A stretch of 53,694 bases of DNA from a virus: IMG/VR virus record IMGVR_UViG_3300025108_000005; one strand, 5' to 3'. Below the pieces are notes generated by a model. It made no database searches, had not been told where the DNA came from, and was given only the letters and a program-made list of their open reading frames with translations. Shown here piece after piece: positions 43,732 through 53,222 of the stretch (within the stretch, counting starts at the first letter, position 1; the number at the start of each line of letters is the position of its first letter). The position numbers and the translations under genes were made by a program.

Positions 43732-44126
43732 TCTACCTCTTCGATTGAGAAACCACCAACCTCTACCGTGCGGCAAGGCTCCAATACTTCTTTGATTGAA
43801 GGTGGTGCTGTTGTGTACTTACGCTCTTCTACGGCGAGTGTAAGTTTCCCATAGTGACGAGCCTCGTTCTCAGGCATTTCTTGCAATGCCTTGCCAAGCT
43901 CATCTTGATCCCATGTTACCTTTTTGCGGACAACAGCTTTCAGCTTTTTGTTTCCCGCAACGATGTGTGTGGTACCAAAGTCTTTACCGTCTGCGCGTAA
44001 TGCGTCACGCGCTACGGTTAACCACATATCTGAGATTTGATCTTCAATGTCTTTAAGTTCAGTTTTCAAGTCTGAGAGAATAAACTTCAACTCCTCTCGA
44101 CGTTGAAACAGTTCACTACTGTTCAT
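43728..44126 (-). CDS. Hypothetical coiled-coil protein (first gene of the replication operon)
   Basis: 132 aa with SD GGAGA. Confidence 0.8.
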   Translation of the reverse strand: MNSSELFQRREELKFILSDLKTELKDIEDQISDMWLTVARDALRADGKDFGTTHIVAGNKKLKAVVRKKVTWDQDELGKALQEMPENEARHYGKLTLAVEERKYTTAPPSIKEVLEPCRTVEVGGFSIEEVE

Positions 44127-44159
44127 GTCAGTCTCCGCGTTAAATTTTCTAGAACCCTA

Positions 44160-44188
44160 GACTTAGGATAGTATGGGATTCGTGTCAA
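44160..44188 (-). promoter_or_regulatory. Sigma70-like promoter for the replication operon
   Basis: Minus strand reads TTGACAcgaaTCCCAtacTATCCTAAGTC, very similar to the 31416 promoter. Confidence 0.5.
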
Positions 44189-44212
44189 CAACTTTTTGTA
44201 TAAATTTTTTTA

Positions 44213-44241
44213 TTGACATTTGGAAAAGTATGGGGTATTAT
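44213..44241 (+). promoter_or_regulatory. Sigma70-like promoter (divergent)
   Basis: TTGACA-17 nt-TATTAT. Confidence 0.55.
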
Positions 44242-44299
44242 AGAAAAGTCAACAACAAAAGTTGGCACGTTATTTGAAATGTCTAACATGAGGTTAAAA

Positions 44300-44512
44300 A
44301 TGCAAAGTTACAAAGAGCTTGAAACAGCCGAACTGCGTCAATGGTATATGAATGCATATGCAACGCGACATTGTTTAGGTCACAAAAAGCATGATCGAAA
44401 CAGACGCCTTACAGAATTGTATAGGGAAGAACTTCAAAGCAGAGGAGAGAACGTCCCAAGTAATGAAGAAGTCAAAGAGTTCGGAAAGTTTAACGGACAA
44501 GGATCATCATAA
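44300..44512 (+). CDS. Small hypothetical protein
   Basis: Start re-set to the ATG at 44300, 6 nt after GAGG. 70 aa. Confidence 0.6.
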   Translation: MQSYKELETAELRQWYMNAYATRHCLGHKKHDRNRRLTELYREELQSRGENVPSNEEVKEFGKFNGQGSS

Positions 44513-44514
44513 GT

Positions 44515-44540
44515 GAAGGGGCTACGGCCCCTTCTTTTTT
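44515..44540 (+). terminator. Rho-independent terminator
   Basis: GAAGGGGCtacgGCCCCTTC followed by tttttt. Confidence 0.8.
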
Positions 44541-44899
44541 GAAAGGTAGATGTCGATGTTATGCACAGCCCTCATAAGTTTTTTCTTCAACTTAAACTCT
44601 GGGGTTTCTACGCCCTTTGCGTCTTCGATTATGTGTTCCCAATCACCGTCTTTAGTTTCCTTATCGTACTGGAAGTCAGCAACGTAGGTGCAAATCTTTT
44701 GACTGTTGACTGTGATTAAGAAGCGCGGCTGAAGTTCGAGATTCTTTATACGCCCCGCTTTCTCTAAAGACTTTAGGTACAAATACCGCTGCGATTCCCA
44801 CTTTGAATCAAATGTAATCCCATCAACCACAGTCTTCTTGTTGCCGTACTTCGGCCTTGACCTTTTAAGTTTGGGATTATATGTTGGTTTCGAGTACAT
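44522..44899 (-). CDS. DUF1064-like protein (resolvase/nuclease-like)
   Basis: KYGNKKTVVDGITFDSKWESQRYLYL matches my recollection of DUF1064. I preferred the ATG at 44897-44899 over the GTG at 44962. Confidence 0.7.
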   Translation of the reverse strand: MYSKPTYNPKLKRSRPKYGNKKTVVDGITFDSKWESQRYLYLKSLEKAGRIKNLELQPRFLITVNSQKICTYVADFQYDKETKDGDWEHIIEDAKGVETPEFKLKKKLMRAVHNIDIYLSKKKGP

Positions 44900-44900
44900 T

Positions 44901-45122
44901 ATGGGAGTTATGCTAGTGCCTAAGCCATCAAAATACAAGTCTATAGGTGTCAGCACAGACACTTATGAAAAAATAGTTCAAATGGCGGAGAAAGAACGCC
45001 GCAACATTTCGCAGCAATTGTCGCTTCTTGTTGATCGTGAGTATGAATCTTACGGTATGACAAGACAGCCCACACCTGCTCGTATTGTTACAGGTGGTCT
45101 ATCCGCAATCATTGAAGATTAA
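44901..45122 (+). CDS. Possible ribbon-helix-helix (CopG/Arc-like) protein
   Basis: KSIGVSTDTYEKIVQMAEKERRNISQQLSLLVDREY is RHH-like. There is no clear SD or promoter. Confidence 0.4.
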   Translation: MGVMLVPKPSKYKSIGVSTDTYEKIVQMAEKERRNISQQLSLLVDREYESYGMTRQPTPARIVTGGLSAIIED

Positions 45123-48100
45123 AGAAGCCCCGCGCTTCCAAGACCCCCTAGTAGTGTAGAAGCTATATAGGGGTTTCTTTTTGCGCGTTCACGCAAGCTC
45201 TGCTGTTGCTGGATAATCCGGGGGTCTATTTTTTGGGTTATCTGCATATTTTCTGCATTTACCGGGGGAAGCACTTGTGGAACACTTGTTCGGCTTGTGC
45301 GTGGCTGCTCCGGGGGAGTTCCGCGAACCTGCTGGGGAGAAGTAAGTAACTGCCCCAAGCCCTGACGAGTTGCTACATTGCCGCGATTGATCGCTCCAAG
45401 TGTAGCACCTACACCCTTTACCGCCCCTGCTGCCCGTTGCGTTAACGGTACACCTTCTCCAGTAACTTGCGCTGCTGATTCGTTCAGTGCTTGCGTTAGG
45501 CTTTGTGCCGCTGCCTGTGGGCTTGTGCGACCTGCCTTAACTTCTAACGCACGGCGCATAACTGTTGGGTTGTTTATCATATGGTTCAACACACGAAAGC
45601 GACCCGCTTTGGGGATATTCTTCAGTGGGTTTGTGTACTGACCTGTACGGATAGCGTCTGCAGCTAGTGAACCCGCGCCTCTTGCCCCTGTATCACGCAA
45701 GAAAACAAGGTCATCAGCCATTTGTTTGATGTCTTTTACTGCCTGTTCTCCAAGAACTTTGTTCAGCATTTCAGGCTTATAAGACTCCAGCGCATTACGA
45801 AGAGAGTAAGCTGCTTTCTCGTTAATGAAGATATCTTCGTCTACTGAACCAAGAATATCATTAACAATTGTTCGTTTTATTGTGTTTTGAGCTTCCGGGC
45901 TATCTTCAAAGAACTTCAGGATGCGGTTCATTTGCGCACGGGTCATGTTGCGATTTGTGATCGCCGCTGCTGCTTCTTCTGGGTCTAGGTTTCCTGAGTT
46001 TAAACGGCGTAAGATGCTAGACTGAGATGCTTCTTCTAGTCCGACCTGCGCATCACGAACGCTACGCAGTGTTTGAACAATTCCTGCATCTGGGTTCTGA
46101 GCCACGATGCGCTGAAGCGTTGCGTCATCAATCTTTTTAACGCCCCCGTAAGCCAGTGATTTTGCTAGGCTTTGAACTTCGCCCCACTGATCGCCAAACA
46201 ATAGCTTACCAGTTTTGTCTTTGTTCATACGCTTGATTTTGCCGTAGAACTGAACACCGTTAAACTTCGTTGGGTCTGCGAAGTCTTTGTTAGAATCAAG
46301 CAGTGCTTCGTCAAGATAACGCTTTGCTAGGTCTTGCCGAACAACTTCTTTCTGACCTTTGGCTGCTTCCAACGCAGCTTCAATACGCGCTGGGCTTTGA
46401 ATGATTTTGTCGTAGTTCCGACCAACTTCCAGCTTAACGTTCACTCCCGGTTCACCAAGATTCCGAACAATTCCTAAGTTCTCTAAACGATTGAACATAC
46501 GCATCTCTGCGCGATAGGCTTTGTTTGCATCTTGCAACAAGCTCATAGCTGTACGCATTTTATTTGCATTTCCAGAGCCACCAATACCAGTTAGCTTGAC
46601 ATCTCCCTGCAACATAGTGTCAACGTTGTTGCGTAGATCGACTAAAAGACGGCGAGGGGTGGTGTCTGAGATACTTAGTTTAGGGTCCATCAAAGTATCT
46701 TGAATGTTTTTACGCAGTGCGCGAAGACCGTTAAATGAAGTAAAGCCTACTTCTGAACCTTTACTCACAAGGTCATTAATCTGTGCGCCAATCGCTGTAA
46801 ATTCGTCAGGTGCCGTAGATGCTGCACCGCCGTATCTGCTATCAATCACATCATCAAAGCGCGTTTTTATCGCACGAATATCAAAGACTGGAAGTTCGCC
46901 ACCCTCAACCTGAACTGTTCTGCCATTTATTGTGATAGGGCCAGTGATTTCTGCCAGCTTATCATCAACAGCCTTGTAGTTAGTGTTCGCGCCTTTTGCG
47001 AACTCATCATAGTTATACATCAGGACATCAAGTACAGCGTCATCAATCTCAGTACCCTCTTTCGTTGACTTTGAAAGAATAGAGATTGTCTCATCAATTG
47101 CCTTCATGTGTGCTTCTTGGGCATCATCCAAGGAACGTTGCAACTGATTTGCCTTATTCGGTGCAGAATCAGCGATAACTTTCGCAAGGTCATCAGTGGT
47201 TGCGCCTGCCACAATCTGTCCTGATTCATCCATAATGCCTGCTTCTTTAAGTAGTTTTTCCTTTTTACCAAGAGCAAAGACTACGTTTTGAACTGCACGT
47301 TTTTCTTTTCCCGAAATTGCTTCTGCGATTTGAGATGCACGAGATACCGCTGCAGGCATACCCGCTGCTTCATAGCTTGGCATACCACCCTCATCCATAA
47401 TCCGCAGAGCCTGTTCGGCTTGTGCCTGACCTAGTTGACGTTCACCCTGTCCTGCAGCACGAGCAACTGCACTTGCGCCTTTGCCTGCGCCTTGAATAAG
47501 CGCACGGCCTGCTTTAAATGTGCCCATAGTCGCAAGGTCAATTGTGCCTGCCAAAGCACCTTCGATAGCAGCCTGCTTCGCAACTTCAGTACCAGTTTGC
47601 TGCTGCAGACCAAGTAAGTTTTCAATTCCTTCTTCAAGAAGCTGACCACCAGCCGCACCCACACCTGCACCAACCGCACCACCGATAAGGGTTGGCGCAC
47701 CGATGATACCACCGATTACAGAACCGATTGTTTCAGGAGCTAGTCCTGCAACGTCAGCAAGATCACGACCAAGACGGAAGCCCTCTTCCTCAATGACAAG
47801 GTTTTTCTCAATTGGTTCGTAGCCTAGCTTTGCCTGACCTTCAGGGGTCAACGCCAAGCGTCCCTTGGAATCTTTGGTGAAACCAGACTCACCAACCTTT
47901 TGGCGCAGTAGGTTTTCTTTTTCCTGTGGCGTTTCCATGAAAGAAAGAGCCGCACGAATGCCGCCTTTTGCGCCAGTGGTATAATCAAAGTTACCTAAGT
48001 CTTTGCCAGTGGATGATGCGCTTAATTCTTCAAAAGATTTAGGACGGGCCATACCTAAAGAACTGCCGCGAGATTGAGAGGCACGAAGTTGCTTTAACTC

Positions 48101-48166
48101 CTCAAGAGGGGTTAAAGATTTTTCCTGAGACTTTCTGATAGCGGCAAGCTCTTCTTGTGGAGTCAT
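45119..48166 (-). CDS. Large internal-virion/ejection-type protein (1015 aa) with Gly-rich hydrophobic segment
   Basis: GSVIGGIIGAPTLIGGAVGAGVGAAGG. ATGA coupling to the upstream gene. Confidence 0.9.
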   Translation of the reverse strand: MTPQEELAAIRKSQEKSLTPLEELKQLRASQSRGSSLGMARPKSFEELSASSTGKDLGNFDYTTGAKGGIRAALSFMETPQEKENLLRQKVGESGFTKDSKGRLALTPEGQAKLGYEPIEKNLVIEEEGFRLGRDLADVAGLAPETIGSVIGGIIGAPTLIGGAVGAGVGAAGGQLLEEGIENLLGLQQQTGTEVAKQAAIEGALAGTIDLATMGTFKAGRALIQGAGKGASAVARAAGQGERQLGQAQAEQALRIMDEGGMPSYEAAGMPAAVSRASQIAEAISGKEKRAVQNVVFALGKKEKLLKEAGIMDESGQIVAGATTDDLAKVIADSAPNKANQLQRSLDDAQEAHMKAIDETISILSKSTKEGTEIDDAVLDVLMYNYDEFAKGANTNYKAVDDKLAEITGPITINGRTVQVEGGELPVFDIRAIKTRFDDVIDSRYGGAASTAPDEFTAIGAQINDLVSKGSEVGFTSFNGLRALRKNIQDTLMDPKLSISDTTPRRLLVDLRNNVDTMLQGDVKLTGIGGSGNANKMRTAMSLLQDANKAYRAEMRMFNRLENLGIVRNLGEPGVNVKLEVGRNYDKIIQSPARIEAALEAAKGQKEVVRQDLAKRYLDEALLDSNKDFADPTKFNGVQFYGKIKRMNKDKTGKLLFGDQWGEVQSLAKSLAYGGVKKIDDATLQRIVAQNPDAGIVQTLRSVRDAQVGLEEASQSSILRRLNSGNLDPEEAAAAITNRNMTRAQMNRILKFFEDSPEAQNTIKRTIVNDILGSVDEDIFINEKAAYSLRNALESYKPEMLNKVLGEQAVKDIKQMADDLVFLRDTGARGAGSLAADAIRTGQYTNPLKNIPKAGRFRVLNHMINNPTVMRRALEVKAGRTSPQAAAQSLTQALNESAAQVTGEGVPLTQRAAGAVKGVGATLGAINRGNVATRQGLGQLLTSPQQVRGTPPEQPRTSRTSVPQVLPPVNAENMQITQKIDPRIIQQQQSLRERAKRNPYIASTLLGGLGSAGLL

Positions 48167-50040
48167 TTGTAATCATCCATTGTTAGAGGCTGTTCACCTC
48201 TGGCTTTTCTATTCTCGTTAATCGTCTGCAACTCTGCCTCTGTTGGCATATCACCCTGCGCAGGCCCAAACTTAATACCTGCGTTTTGCTCCATCCAGCT
48301 AACAGCAAGATCAAGGTTTTCTTGAGGCTTTTCTACCGTAAGTCTATATATCTCTTTGAGCTTTTTCTTTATTAGTGCTGCATCACCTGAAACAAAAGAA
48401 ATTTCACCAACGAGATCTTCAACGCGTCTACGGTCGTTATCAGAAAGAGTTTTACCTGACTCTTGCAGAATGTTAGTTGCCTCCCTTACGGCAATTTCTT
48501 TAAGCATTGTACGAGCTTGTGCGATATCAGTTGGCTGATCACCAACGTTAAATCCCAAGTTTCTAAGTCCAGTATATACTGTACTTACCATTTGATCTGG
48601 AATGCTAACACCGCTATCAATTGCAGAAATCAAATTTTCAAACTTTGCAGAACCAGAAGTAATGCTTTGCTGTAGTTCTCCAAAGCGTCGAACAACCGTT
48701 TCTGGGTTTTCTGCAATCTTAAACGAAGTTGGTGTTAGCCCTTTATAGTTCGGATCAGCCGCTGCGGCTAAAACTTGTAACTCAGGCGCAACATCATCAG
48801 CTTTACCGCCAATCAAAGATACACGTTCATACCCTGACCACATATCTCCAAGATCAACGCCCTCTGCACGTTTCTCTAAGATAGACATACGGTCAGATGC
48901 GTCAATGAACTCATACTGATTGTCAAAGTCCTTGTTATCAATCAGCTTATTAAGCTCAAATGGATTGAGATCAACGAACTCGCCATCATCAAAGTTCGCG
49001 AACTCTGTGCCTTTGCCGCCTTTTTTATAAACCCAATACTTGCCACGCCTTTTACCCGCCAAGTCCGCAGCTTCGTCTTTGGCTCTATCTGATCCTCGTG
49101 ACTCAAGAGCATACTTACCAGCAGCCAATGCAGCAGTTTGAGCTTTGTTTTTGGCTTTCTCAAGGGCAGGCAATGCAGCAGAGCCAGCTTTACCAACCGC
49201 GCTCAACATACGACCTACATTGAATCCCTTACCAGCGCGGTTCTGCATTAATGCTAGTCCCATTGACATCAAAGCCGAACTTTTGTCCACCTTGCCGCTG
49301 ATATCTACCCCGGTAGCTTCTGCGAACTCTTTTTTATAATCATCAAGAGTACGCTCTTTTTTATCAGGTCCAGCGCCACGAACAGAATTAATGAAGTCAT
49401 CCATTGCACTAGCAAAGGTTTCATCAAGTGCTTTCTGCACGTTCTGTGGGTCGGCTCCCATCTCCGGCATCATACCTTCGGCAAGCCTTTCCTCTTCTGC
49501 CCGAAATTCTTCCGCAGATTGGCCTCTTTGTTTTTCTGCAATTATATTTTGCGCTATAGCTTCGTCACTCGCACCAGTCGGTGCATTGATTTTCGCAATC
49601 TGTTCAGCTATTTCATCCAAAGGACTTATAAAATCATTACTTAAATCCAAGTTCTCAGCGTTTTGTAATCTGAGCTTATCCCTTTCTAGTCTAGAAATGT
49701 TATCTTCTGGTCCTGCGAATTTTGAACTTTCTTGCATACTTTTAATTTTAGCAAATTCTGCCTCTAAGCCTTTAGGAGCTAACTCCTCGATCCTGCGCAA
49801 ACTCTCAGCTTGTCTTTCTTCGGCTATTCTGCGTTCTATTTGAGGATTCACAATTCTGGGGTCCATGCCAGACTGAATCTGACCCTTTCCTGATTCTCTT
49901 AATGTTGAAATAACTTTAGACAATTGAGAACTAGGACCAAGACCCGGACCTTCTTCTTGGAATAGATCGCCCAGTCCACGACTTTTTTGAGCCGCTAAGT
50001 AACGCTCATATAAACGCGCTGGGTCTAGAGGATCAGCCAT
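48163..50040 (-). CDS. Large virion-associated protein (625 aa)
   Basis: Long ORF with a coiled-coil-rich N-terminal half. Confidence 0.9.
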   Translation of the reverse strand: MADPLDPARLYERYLAAQKSRGLGDLFQEEGPGLGPSSQLSKVISTLRESGKGQIQSGMDPRIVNPQIERRIAEERQAESLRRIEELAPKGLEAEFAKIKSMQESSKFAGPEDNISRLERDKLRLQNAENLDLSNDFISPLDEIAEQIAKINAPTGASDEAIAQNIIAEKQRGQSAEEFRAEEERLAEGMMPEMGADPQNVQKALDETFASAMDDFINSVRGAGPDKKERTLDDYKKEFAEATGVDISGKVDKSSALMSMGLALMQNRAGKGFNVGRMLSAVGKAGSAALPALEKAKNKAQTAALAAGKYALESRGSDRAKDEAADLAGKRRGKYWVYKKGGKGTEFANFDDGEFVDLNPFELNKLIDNKDFDNQYEFIDASDRMSILEKRAEGVDLGDMWSGYERVSLIGGKADDVAPELQVLAAAADPNYKGLTPTSFKIAENPETVVRRFGELQQSITSGSAKFENLISAIDSGVSIPDQMVSTVYTGLRNLGFNVGDQPTDIAQARTMLKEIAVREATNILQESGKTLSDNDRRRVEDLVGEISFVSGDAALIKKKLKEIYRLTVEKPQENLDLAVSWMEQNAGIKFGPAQGDMPTEAELQTINENRKARGEQPLTMDDYK

Positions 50041-50051
50041 AATTGTTCGCC

Positions 50052-51338
50052 TTATGCAGCTTGGTTAATGCCCTGAAGCGCAGTGTATGCGCCAAGACCA
50101 GATACAAATGGATTAGGTTGTTGACCATAGTTTTGCTGAGTTTGTGAATAAACGCCTGCTGACGGAGTTCCTGACAGCGCACCATATGCGTATGTGTACG
50201 GTAACAACGCTTGCTCTGTTGGACGCTGATATTCCTGACGCGATGTATCAATCATGCTCTGACGATATCCACGCTCCGCCTCACCTACGCCTGTCATAAA
50301 GGCTAAGTCTGCGGGACCAAGAGCGGAGTAAACACGACCAATATCTGCTGTCGTACCTGCTAGACTGTCATAACCCGTCCCCAGATTGCCATACCCAGTT
50401 CCAAGCGCCCCTACACTCTGGCCTAAACCACCCATTAAACGTCCTGCTTCTAAGTCGCGAGTAGATGCTTTTTCATATGCGTTCTGAGATGCATCTAAAG
50501 CAGACTGATAACCCCTTGCTCTTAGGTCGGTACTAGCTTTGGTTTTCGCGTCTTGAATCGCTCGTTCAACTTCTGCGGCCTGAATGCCTTGACGCGATCC
50601 TCCAAATGCACCTGCGCGCACGGCCTGATCAGATGCGCGCTTTCTAGATGTTTCACCCTGACGCTCAATATCTTTTTCAGATTCCTTGATAACATCATCT
50701 ATGTAAGGATTCATATACGAACTAACATACTGAGATGGGTCATACATGCCACGCCCACCAGACACATACTGTGCTGCAGGCCCAAAAAATGTCTTTGCTT
50801 CGCCTATTGTGCCAAGACCGCGACGAAGAGATTCAACGCCACCAGTCGTAGCAGCTCCTGCAGTTTCAAAATATGGCTGATATCGACCTAAAAAGTCTGG
50901 AATGCCATCATTATTAGAATCTTGAGAAAGAGCTTGAGAGCCAAACGTTTCTAATCCAAATCCTGTAATATCTCCGGGCTGTGCGCCTTCAGGATAAACT
51001 AGCCCTTGCTGTACCATTAGGGCATCATTTGAATCAATCTTACCATCGCCATCATAATCGTACTGCAAATCAGTTTCTATTGAACCTGTACTCATTTGCA
51101 TTATTTTGGTGGCTAAATCATCAGCGGCCTGACCAGATATCGGCTGCGCCCGGCCCTGCTGACCTGCTAGTCTGTACGGCGCGACACCAAACAAATCTGG
51201 ACGTTGGAGGATACCGCCCTGCAGAACACCTTCTTTATCCTCTATTCCAAATATTCCTTGGAGCAGAGCTTTCTCAAGGCGCTCAATGTATTCGGGACGG
51301 CGTTGAACGGTTTCACTTGTGTATGTTTCGTCAGCCAT
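50052..51338 (-). CDS. Virion-associated protein (428 aa)
   Basis: Long ORF whose ATG is embedded in the upstream stop (ATGGCTGA). Confidence 0.9.
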   Translation of the reverse strand: MADETYTSETVQRRPEYIERLEKALLQGIFGIEDKEGVLQGGILQRPDLFGVAPYRLAGQQGRAQPISGQAADDLATKIMQMSTGSIETDLQYDYDGDGKIDSNDALMVQQGLVYPEGAQPGDITGFGLETFGSQALSQDSNNDGIPDFLGRYQPYFETAGAATTGGVESLRRGLGTIGEAKTFFGPAAQYVSGGRGMYDPSQYVSSYMNPYIDDVIKESEKDIERQGETSRKRASDQAVRAGAFGGSRQGIQAAEVERAIQDAKTKASTDLRARGYQSALDASQNAYEKASTRDLEAGRLMGGLGQSVGALGTGYGNLGTGYDSLAGTTADIGRVYSALGPADLAFMTGVGEAERGYRQSMIDTSRQEYQRPTEQALLPYTYAYGALSGTPSAGVYSQTQQNYGQQPNPFVSGLGAYTALQGINQAA

Positions 51339-52137
51339 AATTGTTCGCCTTATTTTCTAGTTGATTCATCATAGAGTAGGCTTTTTGAATACCTTCTTTA
51401 GAATCACCGTTACCAAGACCTTTTACTGCGTCTTTCGTTAACACAAATTCACCTGCCATTAACATAGCAGGAACATCATCTTTTTGACCAGAGCCTTCTG
51501 ACGGCATGATTCCGCCATTGCGACGAGGGAAATACTGACCATCAATATATCCACCAGCCGCATATTTGTTTGGAACGTTGAGTTTAATACGTCCTTCACC
51601 ACCAAATGGGCGGGAAGCTCTCCCGCTACCTAGCTCTTCATCTTGGTCAAACAGTTTAGACCCAAGACCTGATACAAGAGATGTAGCTAAAGCCTCACCA
51701 ACGCGAGAGTTTAGAAGATTTGTCATTTTACTATCTGGCTGCAGTAGCCCTGAATCCACAAGAAATTTAGCGTATCCTAATGTATTTTCGCCCTGCTTGA
51801 ATACTGGGGCCAAATTTGCTGCAGTTTTAGCCACCGATGACAAGTTAGGTCTAGTCGCTATGGCATCTGCGTTTATTTTACCTGAAATTGCTCTATCTGC
51901 TGCAGCACGAGAAATTTGATCTGGACTCATTCCCGATACTGCTTGTTCAGTCCCACCACCAAACAAGTTACCTATATTCTCAGAACCAAGCCCTTGCTGA
52001 AGAGCAGTAAACATTAGTGCGTCTTTTGTGTCACCACCAAGTAGCTTTGATGTAATAGCATTTGCGGCAAGATTCGTAAGGAAGTTACCACCACCGCCCC
52101 CGCCACCAAAGATTCCTGAGATAAGTTTATCTAACAT
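51331..52137 (-). CDS. Gly-rich virion-associated protein
   Basis: Start re-set to the ATG at 52135-52137 after GGAG. Contains a G7 run and the motifs KYAAGGYI and RRNGGIMP. Confidence 0.85.
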   Translation of the reverse strand: MLDKLISGIFGGGGGGGNFLTNLAANAITSKLLGGDTKDALMFTALQQGLGSENIGNLFGGGTEQAVSGMSPDQISRAAADRAISGKINADAIATRPNLSSVAKTAANLAPVFKQGENTLGYAKFLVDSGLLQPDSKMTNLLNSRVGEALATSLVSGLGSKLFDQDEELGSGRASRPFGGEGRIKLNVPNKYAAGGYIDGQYFPRRNGGIMPSEGSGQKDDVPAMLMAGEFVLTKDAVKGLGNGDSKEGIQKAYSMMNQLENKANNYG

Positions 52138-52206
52138 TGGACGCTCCAAGTATCATTTATGCTTTTTTAACACACTATTCGCAGATTTCAAAGGGTACAG
52201 CATATC

Positions 52207-52833
52207 TTACGACAACCAACCATAAATATTTTTAGTCTTCTCGATACGATCATCTAAACCGTGATATCCACCATTCACACGCTTAGTAATGCTCTTAATA
52301 ATACTATTATTAACACCCTTATCAGCAAGTCCGAACAAGCCGTTCTTTTCAAAGAAGAATATTGCGCTGTCCATTGCAAGCTCAGTCGCAATCGGTGATG
52401 GGTCATTTACCAATCCATCACGCCCAATATGTTCGGCAAATTCACGAACGTTGTTTTTGCCAGTTAATTGGATGAAACCTTTTCCTGCAAAAAGCCAACC
52501 ATCACCGCTGCTTTCGGGTCCATTCCCCATACGGCTTGAGTAAACCTTGTTCGCTAATTTTTCAGGGTTCATCGCGTATGGCGCGGCGTCCACCTCTGTT
52601 GCAAAACGAGAAGGCCAAACTCTGCACATAGTAGATGCACGGTAGTTAAGGTTTTCTTCGCTAACCATAAAGTTTGCACTTTCGTGCGCTGCTTGACCTA
52701 ATAAGTGTGCGCCACGTTTTGGTGACAATTTGTAACGATCTGCGATTGCACGGGCCGTATTGGGGCCGAACGCCCCATCTGCCGTTACGCCACACTTGGC
52801 CTGCAATATTTTGAGTGCTTCACCTTTTGCCAT
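52207..52833 (-). CDS. Endolysin: N-terminal PG_binding_1 domain + GH19 (chitinase-like) muramidase domain
   Basis: GVTADGAFGPNTARAI (PG-binding), plus AAHESANF and GKGFIQLTGKNN (GH19 signature). Confidence 0.85.
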   Translation of the reverse strand: MAKGEALKILQAKCGVTADGAFGPNTARAIADRYKLSPKRGAHLLGQAAHESANFMVSEENLNYRASTMCRVWPSRFATEVDAAPYAMNPEKLANKVYSSRMGNGPESSGDGWLFAGKGFIQLTGKNNVREFAEHIGRDGLVNDPSPIATELAMDSAIFFFEKNGLFGLADKGVNNSIIKSITKRVNGGYHGLDDRIEKTKNIYGWLS

Positions 52834-53222
52834 TATTTCTTACCCCCAAAAAACTTAGTTGCTGACCTGACGGCGAAGCTACTAGCGACGATTACACCCA
52901 AAGTATATTGATACCATTCTGGCATGGATTCCAATGCAGCGAATCCATTTGCGACAGCGTTTCTGCCAAACTCACCACAAAATGACAGCACAAGAGGGAT
53001 TGAAAAGAGCAAAACAAGATATTCATCTTTCCATGAGCTTTGGGTTCCTTGAGCCATAATCCGCTCCCAGTCCGCAACGCTTGTCTTTTCGCTGAGAAGG
53101 ATCTTGGATTTAGTTTCTGCCTCAGTGAGCTTTAACTTGGCTTCCGCTGCGGTTTTATCAGCTTTGCCCTGCAACCAGCTTCCAGCGAGGTTGGCGATTG
53201 GCCCTATAAATGCTTGTATCAT
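52833..53222 (-). CDS. Holin candidate (GTA-type 3-TM holin-like)
   Basis: 129 aa with an N-terminal amphipathic/coiled region and then hydrophobic helices. TAATG coupling to the endolysin. Confidence 0.65.
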   Translation of the reverse strand: MIQAFIGPIANLAGSWLQGKADKTAAEAKLKLTEAETKSKILLSEKTSVADWERIMAQGTQSSWKDEYLVLLFSIPLVLSFCGEFGRNAVANGFAALESMPEWYQYTLGVIVASSFAVRSATKFFGGKK

